Shown here: positions 38,544 through 47,900 of the stretch, piece by piece
How positions within the stretch are numbered: the first letter of the stretch is position 1
How the letters are laid out: each line of letters starts with the position of its first letter
Source of the DNA: an uncultured Candidatus Saccharibacteria bacterium
GTDB lineage: Bacteria; Patescibacteriota; Dojkabacteria; B142; JAFGMG01
DNA: 63,916 nt
Assembly: GCA_964444125.1 (NCBI GenBank)
Contig: CAYUFB010000003.1
Location: forward strand, 1 to 63,916
Direction of reading: 5' to 3'
Made by a program: the position numbers and the translations under genes
The notes under the pieces: model-generated
What the model was told of the DNA's origin: nothing
The model's input: only the letters and a program-made list of their open reading frames with translations
Databases searched by the model: none

Positions 38544-41500
38544 TTAAGAACTAAAGCCATACATATTTCTAGTTTGAGTAGAGATGCTATATCCTCTTTG
38601 TTTCATATTTTCTATGAGTGCATTCTCTATTTGACCAAGTATACTAATGTTCCGTTCTATCATGCCCATAAAACTTCCATAGTTTAGATTTCTTTCTCCT
38701 CTTCTTATCCCAAAAGATTCAAAAAGAGCTTCGGTCATTGGATCTTTGTCTGCTGGAAGTTCTCCCGTTTGATTATATATATATGCATCATTAAAGAATG
38801 TTAGGATTTTGTCTTTGTTCGTAACTTTTCTTGACAATTCTTTTAGGGACTTTTCTCTACTTCTAATATCTTTATTAAGCGATCTGATGTATTCGTTATT
38901 CAATTTGCGGAATAATAGTAATCCGGATACCCCAAAAATGGCGCCAAGTCTTATACTTCCGATACCAAGAGGTATACCTACGATACCAAGAGACGTACCT
39001 AGTCCAGAACCAATCAGTGCTGAAGTGAAGCCAATCTTTCCTATTAATTTAAGCTTGTTTCCCCACTTCTTGAGCCTTGTTTTTAATAGTTCAAGTCTCA
39101 ATGTGAATCGATCTCTTTCTTGGTCTTCAATTAATTCTTTTAGATCTTCTTTTTGTTGTTGTATTTTCAATGTTTCTAGTAGAGTTTCTCTTGAAGCATG
39201 TCCAAAAAGATCTTTCCTCTCTGCAGATTCTTTGTATTCTTCTGGATAATTTGTTCTTAAGTAATCGTTGATTTCACTATCCTTAAATCCTAGCTCTGCC
39301 AATTTATCTTTAATTTCAAGTAATTCAATGTACCTTGTTGCTGGACTTCCTTCTGTATTGATTTTGCTAATAACCTCTTGAGCAAGCTTGCCCATAAATT
39401 CGACCCTAGGACTTACTGTAGTGTTTTTGGTACTTTCAATATTTGCTAACTGATTAAATAACTCAACAAATTGATTTCGATCAACTGTATCAGTGTTCGG
39501 GGAGTATCCCAATGCTTCGAGTGCCTTTTCTGCTTCTTTCCTTGCTTCGTCTAATTCTAATCTTGTCACTCCTGGGGCACCAAACGATCGATCAGCTTTT
39601 ATAATAGCCTGGTTTATAGTTCTGACCATATCTTCCCTTCTTCTTGAGTTTAATTCTCTTTGTATTTCATTCATTGTAAGTTCACTATTGCCGATTAAGG
39701 CCCACTGTCCACTTTCTGTAAGAGCTGCGTCAATATGTTTCTGGATATCAGCATCTTCAAGTCCTAATTTCCTTGCTTCTCTTATAGCCTTCAATGCTGT
39801 TTCTTTGGCTTTGTCGATATCTTGTGGTGTGGCTATGGCAAGTGCTTGATCCACTGCATTGACCAACATTCTGATTTTTTCTTCTGCATCAGGAAATTCG
39901 GTATCTATCATCTCTCGATATTTACCAATTAGTTCATTTCTTAGTTGTGCCCTTCTTGTTGGGTTCATTTCTGCAAGATCTATATTCATAGATTGTACAT
40001 CTCGTCTGATGAGGCTTTGAGTTTTTTGGTTGAAACTAGTCGGTGTTTCCGTTATTGATAATATTCTTTTTGCATCTTCAAGTTCTTTACGTTGTGCATC
40101 GGTACGCCTTGCTTCACTAATCCTTTCAATTTCCAAAATTTTCCTCTTTGCATCATTAATCGCAGCAGAATCTACTCTTTTTTTCATCAAAGCTTTGGCA
40201 TTATCTTGTTTTTCTTGTCCAAGTTTTTCTAATAGTGTTTCCCATTCTTCTAGATCAATCTCTTCGGATTTCTGTAGTTCTGCTGGTGTAGGTCCATCAT
40301 CATCAAGACTAGGGGCTGGTACATTCTGGCCGCGCTGTCGATCATCAATATTCTTTATTAGTTGGAGTTCATGCAATGCGTTTATGATATCCTCGTCTTC
40401 AAGTTCTGTAAGCATATTTATGAACGTTTGTTGTCTATTTTTGTCCACAAGTGTTGTAAAAAGTGTATTGATATGATCTGTAAGGCTATTAGGGTCCTCA
40501 ATTAGAGTAATAATAGTTTCATAATATGCGTTGTAAACAAGAGTGCCTGCAGTGGCAGGATATGCATCTCTTAGTTTTTTGGCTACTGAACCTATATTTT
40601 CTTTTTTATCTTTTAATTGATTTATTAATATTTGATCTGCTTTGTATCTTGTTGCATGGTTGAAGTCACCAGAACTATTTGCGTTAATAATAAAAGTTGT
40701 GGCAGAATCAAATTTGTCATCAGCGAATAATTCTTCAATATTTCTTAAGGCATTATTGTTAATGATATCTCCATTTTCTTCTAAATAATATCCTTCTAAT
40801 TCAAGTACGATTTGCGCAGAAAATTTTTCGATATCTGTCATATCTTCCGGTAGTCGTTCTAATAATCGCCCATCCTTTTGCCATCTCTTTTTGTGAGCTT
40901 CTGCAGTAATTGCAAAATCTGATATTTCAATATCTGGCGCAACTCGTTTTTTTAGTTCGGTTAGTTTGTTATACTCTGAACTAATGTCGGCAAGTTTTGC
41001 CTCTGTAAATGACGGGATTCCAAATATGTGACTATGTTGTGTTGCTAAATAATTTAAAATTGTGATCTCTGCTTGTGTCGGAGAACTTAAAGCATTTAAT
41101 GTTGCTATTCTGTGTTCATTGCGCCTGCCATCTGTACTCAGGCCGATTTGTATACATGAAAATAATATTCTGTTTTGTAAATGGTCTGATAATCCTGTAA
41201 GAATTGCATCTTTGTCTTTTCTGTTTTTAATTTGTTTTATTACTTCAACTAAAAGAGTAGGCATAGACTCCAACTTATCTTTGTCTGTGGAATGAATTGA
41301 ATCATTTAGAATAATTGCGAGATTCTCTGCTATTTTTTCCGATGAGTCAGCATTATTGAATATTTCTTGAAAATTAATTTCCTGAGGCGCAGAATTTTCT
41401 CCTGGAGTCGCTGTTCCTGCCTCAACTGGTGCCCCACCTGGAGCTGCATCAGGTCCTGGAATAAGAGCTTCGTCTGTCCCTTCAGATTCTGCGTCAGCAG

Positions 41501-41804
41501 CCTCACCAGAAGCTTCCTCAGTTGCTGGAATAGAACCATCGGATACTACAGATGTCACACCTTGATGTTCATCTGGAGCAGGCGCTTCAGCTGGTGCCCC
41601 ACCTGGTGCGGCTGCTGTTAAATCGGGAATCTCTGCCGGTTTAGGAACTATAGTTCTTTTAGCTTTTTGTGCAGATCTAGAAAGAAGTTCGCCAGCTTTC
41701 TCTTCTGTCATTGGTTGGCCAAGAAACTCTGGCTCTGCTTCTGACATTTCTGGCCGTAGTCCTTTTTCTCCCTCGCTATGATCTGGTAGTTTTGGTGTGC
41801 TCAT
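38544..41804 (-). CDS. Large coiled-coil protein (1086 aa) with acidic Pro/Ala-rich N-terminus and C-terminal Gly-rich hydrophobic hairpin
   Basis: APGGAP.EA twice (16-bp DNA repeat at 41426-41441 and 41591-41606); IGKIGFTSALIGSGLG...VSGLLLF; ATGA overlap with the upstream gene. Confidence 0.85.
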   Translation of the reverse strand: MSTPKLPDHSEGEKGLRPEMSEAEPEFLGQPMTEEKAGELLSRSAQKAKRTIVPKPAEIPDLTAAAPGGAPAEAPAPDEHQGVTSVVSDGSIPATEEASGEAADAESEGTDEALIPGPDAAPGGAPVEAGTATPGENSAPQEINFQEIFNNADSSEKIAENLAIILNDSIHSTDKDKLESMPTLLVEVIKQIKNRKDKDAILTGLSDHLQNRILFSCIQIGLSTDGRRNEHRIATLNALSSPTQAEITILNYLATQHSHIFGIPSFTEAKLADISSEYNKLTELKKRVAPDIEISDFAITAEAHKKRWQKDGRLLERLPEDMTDIEKFSAQIVLELEGYYLEENGDIINNNALRNIEELFADDKFDSATTFIINANSSGDFNHATRYKADQILINQLKDKKENIGSVAKKLRDAYPATAGTLVYNAYYETIITLIEDPNSLTDHINTLFTTLVDKNRQQTFINMLTELEDEDIINALHELQLIKNIDDRQRGQNVPAPSLDDDGPTPAELQKSEEIDLEEWETLLEKLGQEKQDNAKALMKKRVDSAAINDAKRKILEIERISEARRTDAQRKELEDAKRILSITETPTSFNQKTQSLIRRDVQSMNIDLAEMNPTRRAQLRNELIGKYREMIDTEFPDAEEKIRMLVNAVDQALAIATPQDIDKAKETALKAIREARKLGLEDADIQKHIDAALTESGQWALIGNSELTMNEIQRELNSRRREDMVRTINQAIIKADRSFGAPGVTRLELDEARKEAEKALEALGYSPNTDTVDRNQFVELFNQLANIESTKNTTVSPRVEFMGKLAQEVISKINTEGSPATRYIELLEIKDKLAELGFKDSEINDYLRTNYPEEYKESAERKDLFGHASRETLLETLKIQQQKEDLKELIEDQERDRFTLRLELLKTRLKKWGNKLKLIGKIGFTSALIGSGLGTSLGIVGIPLGIGSIRLGAIFGVSGLLLFRKLNNEYIRSLNKDIRSREKSLKELSRKVTNKDKILTFFNDAYIYNQTGELPADKDPMTEALFESFGIRRGERNLNYGSFMGMIERNISILGQIENALIENMKQRGYSISTQTRNMYGFSS

Positions 41805-42067
41805 TTCTTGGCTAAATTTTTATTTAAATAATCAATTAATTCTCCATTTTCGGCTAATTCGTCGAACAATAAAACATTCTCCAAAATCTTGCTGTCTGGC
41901 ATTTTGTCTTTTCTAAGGTTTTTCACCATTTCACGCAAAAAACTATTTGGAATCCTAGTACCAGTTTCCATCATTTTTCTTTTTCTATCCTTGTCGGCAA
42001 CGACTTGTTCAGTAGATCCGTCAGCGATATTTTGTAGTATCTGTTGTGCGTTTAGTGACATAAACAA
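41801..42067 (-). CDS. Small hypothetical protein, paralog of 42118-42375
   Basis: Aligns end to end with its neighbour (LQNI..G.T...V...+...KM.E.G.++PN......MV..LR....P...I...+L.FD.LAE..EL++YL). Confidence 0.85.
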   Translation of the reverse strand: MFMSLNAQQILQNIADGSTEQVVADKDRKRKMMETGTRIPNSFLREMVKNLRKDKMPDSKILENVLLFDELAENGELIDYLNKNLAKK

Positions 42068-42117
42068 TAAATTATTTATTATTCATTATGAATACAATTT
42101 ATAAAAAAAGCAAAAAA

Positions 42118-42375
42118 TTATTGCACTTTTTGTTTTTGTTTTGCTAAATACTCCACCAATTCATCTTTTTCGGCAAGTTGGTCGAAAAATAATATCCTGT
42201 CTACAATTTCATTTTCTGGTACGCCTCTGGCTCTAAGCCTTCCTACCATATTTTGCATCACAGCGTTTGGCACTTTTTTGCCATCTTCAACCATTTTGTA
42301 TTGTTTCTCTTTTGGATCCACAATATCGTCTGTGTTGCCGGCTATTATGTTTTGTAGTGTATTGGTTGGTGTCAT
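42118..42375 (-). CDS. Small hypothetical protein (85 aa), paralog of 41801-42067
   Basis: Start placed at MTPTNT; the track's 18-aa extension just translates the heptamer array. Confidence 0.85.
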   Translation of the reverse strand: MTPTNTLQNIIAGNTDDIVDPKEKQYKMVEDGKKVPNAVMQNMVGRLRARGVPENEIVDRILFFDQLAEKDELVEYLAKQKQKVQ

Positions 42376-42381
42376 TTTGAT

Positions 42382-42578
42382 CAGTATACAGTATTCAGTA
42401 TTCAGCTTACAGTATAGAGCATTAAGCATTCAGCATAAAGCATAAAGCATACAGTATTCAGCATACAGTATTCAGTATCTAGTTTTGAGTCTTGAGTAAT
42501 AGCAAGAAAAATTGCTGATATATAATTCAAAGCTCAAGACTCATAACTCATAGCTCATGACTCAATACTCAACACTCA
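42382..42578. repeat. Heptamer tandem-array element, copy 2
   Basis: 17 in-phase NAG(T/C)AT(A/T)-type heptamers (42382-42500), AGCAA-GAAAAA-TTGCT hairpin, ~7.5 inverse CTCA(A/T)NA heptamers (42526-42578). Confidence 0.92.
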
Positions 42579-43013
42579 CTGTTCAACGCTCTCATCCAGT
42601 TCTTCGTATGCTTGGCGAATTTCTTCATTTTGTTCATCCATTACTTTGAGCAATTCTGCTTTTTGTTCATCGTTAAGACTATCTCTAACCTTCTCTATCA
42701 AATCCATTTCAAGATCTCTCATCTCATCTTCAAATCTCTCCCAGAACTCAGTTAAATCAAACTGTACGTTTTTGTCTAACCATCTTTTGTAATCATCAAA
42801 TTTCTCCTTGGTTAGATTATCTGCATTTTCTAAATAATCTCTAATTTGCTCAAGTTGATTATCATCTTCAATTCTGTCGTTTAGATAAAGAACAAAATTT
42901 ATATTGAATTTGTGTTCTATAAGTCTAGCCAATTCTTCTAGAATATGGACGATTACTTCTTCTTTCTCTCCTGCAATTTCCAGTATTTTTTTTATTAGAG
43001 CAAAATTGAACAT
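42576..43013 (-). CDS. Small acidic helical hypothetical protein
   Basis: 145-aa ORF, very E/D-rich. Confidence 0.82.
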   Translation of the reverse strand: MFNFALIKKILEIAGEKEEVIVHILEELARLIEHKFNINFVLYLNDRIEDDNQLEQIRDYLENADNLTKEKFDDYKRWLDKNVQFDLTEFWERFEDEMRDLEMDLIEKVRDSLNDEQKAELLKVMDEQNEEIRQAYEELDESVEQ

Positions 43014-43026
43014 TATTTATATTAAT

Positions 43027-44370
43027 TTAATAATAGCTTGTAGGTTTTTGTTTTTTTATCCGTTCAGCTTTCATTTTGTTCCTAATGCCTTTGACTCTGT
43101 CGTCGACATATCCAAGAGCTTTTTCGTATTGTTGGGCTTCCTTTGTTTTGTTTTCCAACCTTGCAGCTTTTGCCTGATTGGATATCAAGAATTTCTCCTG
43201 TTCTTTGGTATCGTAGACTGCAAGAAGACCTTTTTTGTGCATAAGATCCTGGATACGTCTTGTAATTTTGTGCATACCATATAGAGCACCAAGAATACCA
43301 ACTCCAGGAATTACTGTCTTGTCGAGTTTGCCTGGTGATGGAAAAGTACCGAAGTCGGGTCTTCCTATATATTGAGAATTGGTATTATTTTCATTTTCAT
43401 TTAAAATAGGAGTAGGGAATTGTCCTTTATAAAAAACTGAACCTTCGCCAAAAATACCCGCAAAAGGAGCTCCTACAACTTTGGTCGCACCAATGGCCAA
43501 TTTGTCAGGATTGACCCCAAGTCCTGCCATCTCCATAAGTCTGCCTGTATACCACATAGTCTTTTGAAATAAGCCACCTTCTTTGAAATTCGTTGTATGA
43601 TAATCAAAAAATCCTGTTTCAATTCCTTTGCCCCATCCTACAATTCTTTGTCCAATATTGAGTAGTGCGTTTTTACCTTTTTCTAATATTGGTCCCCCAA
43701 AAGTTTTAAGGGTCTCAAATGCTTCTTTGGGGTTTGTACCTGCCAAAACACTTCCTCCGAAATATACTAATGCTAGAGGACCTAAGATTTTGATTGTGTT
43801 TTTGCCCAGTCTTTTTATATCTTCTAGAACTTTTCTTCTTGCGCCACTTTGAATCTCAATCGCTCTTTGATATTGTACATCTGATACCTTGAATTTGTCT
43901 TTGATACTTTCAATTACTTCTTTTGCAGTCCTTGTTTCAGGTACGGGTGCTTCTTCAGGTTCCTCTGGTCTTCTACCACGTATTACTACGTTGTGATTAA
44001 CTGGTATATCAATGTCAGCAAGATCTCTTGGATCAACTTGTACACGTTCTGTTGGTGCAGGTCGTCTGACAATAAGACCATCTGGTTCGGCTGCTGCTGG
44101 TTGACGATATTCTTGTGCTGCAGGTTCGGTAGGTCTTGTAACTTGTGTAGCTGGCTCTGTTGGAGTGGTTGGTGCAGTTCGTGCTGGGCTTGATAGTATT
44201 GGAGGAGAATAAGAACTATCCGCAGTCCTACTTTGTGGATTGGCAGTATTAGCTGTTGGAAGTTGTGTCGGTTGAGTTGGCCTTGTAGGAGCTGTTATAT
44301 GTATGGGAACCTCTGCAATAGGTCTTGCATCCATACCTCCAGTTGTCTCTCCAGGATTACCTGACATCAC
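43027..44370 (-). CDS. Hypothetical protein with P/T-rich disordered N-terminus and hydrophobic segments
   Basis: 447 aa; APTRPTQPTQ/PTEPA repeats; ILGPLALVYFGGSVLAG and IPGVGILGALYG. Confidence 0.82.
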   Translation of the reverse strand: MMSGNPGETTGGMDARPIAEVPIHITAPTRPTQPTQLPTANTANPQSRTADSSYSPPILSSPARTAPTTPTEPATQVTRPTEPAAQEYRQPAAAEPDGLIVRRPAPTERVQVDPRDLADIDIPVNHNVVIRGRRPEEPEEAPVPETRTAKEVIESIKDKFKVSDVQYQRAIEIQSGARRKVLEDIKRLGKNTIKILGPLALVYFGGSVLAGTNPKEAFETLKTFGGPILEKGKNALLNIGQRIVGWGKGIETGFFDYHTTNFKEGGLFQKTMWYTGRLMEMAGLGVNPDKLAIGATKVVGAPFAGIFGEGSVFYKGQFPTPILNENENNTNSQYIGRPDFGTFPSPGKLDKTVIPGVGILGALYGMHKITRRIQDLMHKKGLLAVYDTKEQEKFLISNQAKAARLENKTKEAQQYEKALGYVDDRVKGIRNKMKAERIKKQKPTSYY

Positions 44371-44425
44371 AAAAGTATATAATATTTTTTCATTCTAGGC
44401 GAAAATAGGTGGCTTCGCAAGGGGA

Positions 44426-44893
44426 TTATTCAAGTACCTGTCTGACCTTGTCTTCTAAATCACGTTTTTTGGCGATTCTTATTATTTCTAGTTTTTCTGG
44501 AATTTCTTTCAATTTCTTCTGGAAATATCCGAGAAGTTGCATGATGCCATCTTCAGGGCCTGTCTCAAGAAATTCAAAGAAAATGTCTTTTTCGTATTCT
44601 TTGACAATTTTGTTAATTTCATCTTCTAAATCTGGGTAAGTTTTCATGTATATTTTGATTTGATCATGAAGTGCATAAAAACCTCTTTTGTTATCTTCCT
44701 TGTTTTTCGCTTCCAATAATGTGTTTAATTCCTTTACGACTTCCGGGTCTTCTTTGACCATAAATTCCAAGGTTTTCGAGTAAGCATATTTTGAAATAAC
44801 TTCGTAATGAGTATAGATAAACGATTCCTTCTCATGTTCTAGAAGCCCAAGACTATCTGCAATTATGTTTAATGATTTTTCATCTAAAATCAT
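44426..44893 (-). CDS. Small acidic helical hypothetical protein
   Basis: 155-aa ORF. Confidence 0.82.
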   Translation of the reverse strand: MILDEKSLNIIADSLGLLEHEKESFIYTHYEVISKYAYSKTLEFMVKEDPEVVKELNTLLEAKNKEDNKRGFYALHDQIKIYMKTYPDLEDEINKIVKEYEKDIFFEFLETGPEDGIMQLLGYFQKKLKEIPEKLEIIRIAKKRDLEDKVRQVLE

Positions 44894-44919
44894 GAAATTA
44901 TTATTAAATTAATTAAATA

Positions 44920-47900
44920 TTATGTTCCATATTTTTTCAATTGTTCTTTCACACCTTCTCTAATTTTGTCCAAAGTTGATATAACTGTATCATGTTCTGG
45001 AAACCAGTCATCAGGTGCGTCCGTTTGAGACAGATCTTCAAGCCAATAATTGATTTCTTCTCCTGTACTATACATTCTCTCAAGGTCGTATTCTGTGGTC
45101 ACACCTCTTTTCATTGCTGCTTCGAATATACTATCTAATGATTTGATTTCTTTGAGCCTGCCTAGAGCCTTCTTCCTTCTTTCTCCCCATTTCTTTTGCT
45201 CGTGTACAAGCCATGGTTTGAATTTGTATCTTCCATAGAGACTCAGAAGAATAGCTGTAAAAGCCATTGGACTACCTGTGTACATGAGAGTCAGAGTTGA
45301 AGCAAGAAGTGCCAAGTTAGTGGCTCTTTCTGAAAATTTTGCCAATCCTTTGAAATGTGCTGTAGCTGTGTATGCAAAACGTTCAAATTGGGCAACTTTT
45401 TTCACTGCTTTTTGCCAGGCATAGAGATAAGTTTGGGCTGTGTTGAACCTTCTTTCTGATGCTCTATAACCACCTTTGATACTATCCATTATCTTATCCA
45501 CTTCCATCTTGGATTTTGGCAGAATAGCTTCTTGCTCTTGTCTGTATGGGTTACCCCAGCTATCGTCAGGCGAAAAGTTAATAAAACTCTCGAAAAACGC
45601 ATCTTCGGGAGCTTTCGTTTTGCCGTCACGCGAAACTGCTCTTAAGACGTGTTCAAATATCCTGCTTGTTTCTTGTCTATTAAATACTTTTGTTTTGTCA
45701 AAAAACTTTTCATATTTTTCTAAATAGTCTGCAACTGTTGACATTTCTCTGCTTCCTTTAGCGCTATCGATAATTGCTTTTACATAGTCTCGAAAATCAT
45801 CTGTTGCATTGCCACTTGCATCAAATACGTTTATTTTGGGTCCACCGGGAATTTGAACCTCTTGTTTGAATTTGATTATTGGCAAGTGTCTATCTATTCC
45901 TGTGATTGGATCTTTGATCTTCATAAATTCCATATCATACCTTCTATCTGGTGGAATACCTTCTTCTAAAGCCTTTCGCATCTGGGCAAAACGGTACTCG
46001 TCAAGAGCCCATTTGATACCATCGGTTCTAAGTCTGACGTTTTCTGAATCATACCCATCATCTTCGTTGGTACCAAACATAGAGACTGCGTCACGCATAC
46101 TGTCTTGAGATTTTAGACGAATAAATCTCAAGTGAGGATTTTCATAATCTCCAACCACTCTGCCCCACAATGCGTTTGTCGTTTCGTCTGATATATCTGC
46201 TTGTAATTTGCCATTAATAATAAGTGGATTTTTATCAACTCCTTTGACAAGCTCAACACCTCTTGGAATCAAATTGCCCCACTCGTCTCGTAAGTTTTCT
46301 CCTGGGGCTATTGAGACTTTTTTGGTTTGGCCTCTCTCCCTGATTTCAAGATGAATAGTTTTTCCGGTGTTGTTTTGAAGCCAGGCCGTACCATTATCGA
46401 TAAGTTGTTCTTCAGCATAATGTATCAAATTGACCATCTCAAAGAATGAATAATGTTTTTTTTCTTTGGCTGCTTCGTTGTGCTCATGACCAAGTGTCCT
46501 AAATGCCATCAAGCCATCACGTCTTCTGAGATAATCTCTGAAGTCCTCTCCAATTTGTCTTTCCCAATAGAACATTCCTTCTCTCATATAGTCTGGCAAA
46601 TCGCTTCTTCTAGCATGTTTTTTGAAAAATTTGGAAACTTCTTGTTGTCTTTTGCCAGGTCCACGTCTTAGAGAACCTAGCATCAAACTTCTAATCAATC
46701 CTTCATTTGGGCTATATCTCTTGCCATCATAGGCGTAGCTATATTTGGACAGATGTCCTGTCCCAAAGAGCTTATCTTTGGCTACATCTTCTAATATGCT
46801 TAATTCCGAGCTACCTATTCGTGTAGTTTCTTTAAGATCATTGTGGTCTATACCAAACTGATAAGTTTGCCCCTTAAATTCATATTTGACTCCGGATAAT
46901 TCATTTAAGTATCTAAGCATTTCTTGTTGATCTATCTGCCCGTCTGATGCTCCAATTTGGACAAACCATTGTGGCCCCATGGAATATAGTTTGTCGTAAA
47001 CGCCCATTGCAAGACTTGTTGGGAGGTTTTCTCGTTCTTCGGCTATATTGTGTGCGGCATTGTATCCTGGAAGATATTCTTTGAGTCTGTGTTCCATCTC
47101 AGGACTTACCCATGCCCAAAATTTTATAGGCTTAGCGCCAAGATCGGCTGATCCAAGATCTTTTTCGGCCCATCTTCTTAATTTTGGATTCATGCTATGT
47201 GCATATCTAGCTGCTATTGCTCTCTTTCTATTATATGAAGCAAGGCCTGGGATCGGGATATATGTTCTATCCATAATACCTCCTACAATTGGTAATCTAC
47301 CTACTGTCCGAAATCCTTGTATTGTACTTAGTGGCCTAAAACCCCACCCTTCATCTGCAAATTCAAGCCTGGTATTGTATGCGGCTTTGCCTGCTTCTCC
47401 ATACCATGTGATTTTGCCACCCATTTGCTGCGTGTCTGTGTATAGTTGCTTTTTATTTAATGGGTTTGTGCTATCGGTGACCCCGAATAAAGAATCCATC
47501 CCAGATGCTGCGTATTTGATATTCGTATTGTCTTTCAAAGCTTCTTCAATTAGGGGTGATTCTCTATCAGAAAATAATTCAGCATTTTGTATATCTCTAC
47601 TTTCGGTTGGCTTGAGATAAGGGTACATTTCTGCAAGTTGTCTCCTTATACTGGCAAGTTTCTCTTCTGGCAATAGACTTGGATCTTGTTGTTCTAGTAG
47701 TGTGCGCAAATTAAATGCTAATTGTGATCTTCTGATACTGTCTTCAAGTAGTTGCTCACGATCTTTCTTAGCAGGTTCACTGCCTTGGTCTTCTGTTTGT
47801 GCAATTTGTTTCGGCTTGAGTATACGCTCTAAATCTTTGATGAGGTAGTATAGTTCTCTCTCTGCGGGGGTAGGATTAGGATGTTTGAGGATGTACAAAT

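Noticed and set aside
42376-42429. 18-aa N-terminal extension (MLNALYCKLNTEYCILIK) of the 42118 ORF
   Set aside because: It is the translated heptamer array; the paralog aligns from MTPTNT
42382-42578. Heptamer arrays as a CRISPR or TIGR-type guide array
   Set aside because: Units are contiguous degenerate 7-mers with no unique spacers, and no cas or Nop-domain gene is in the window
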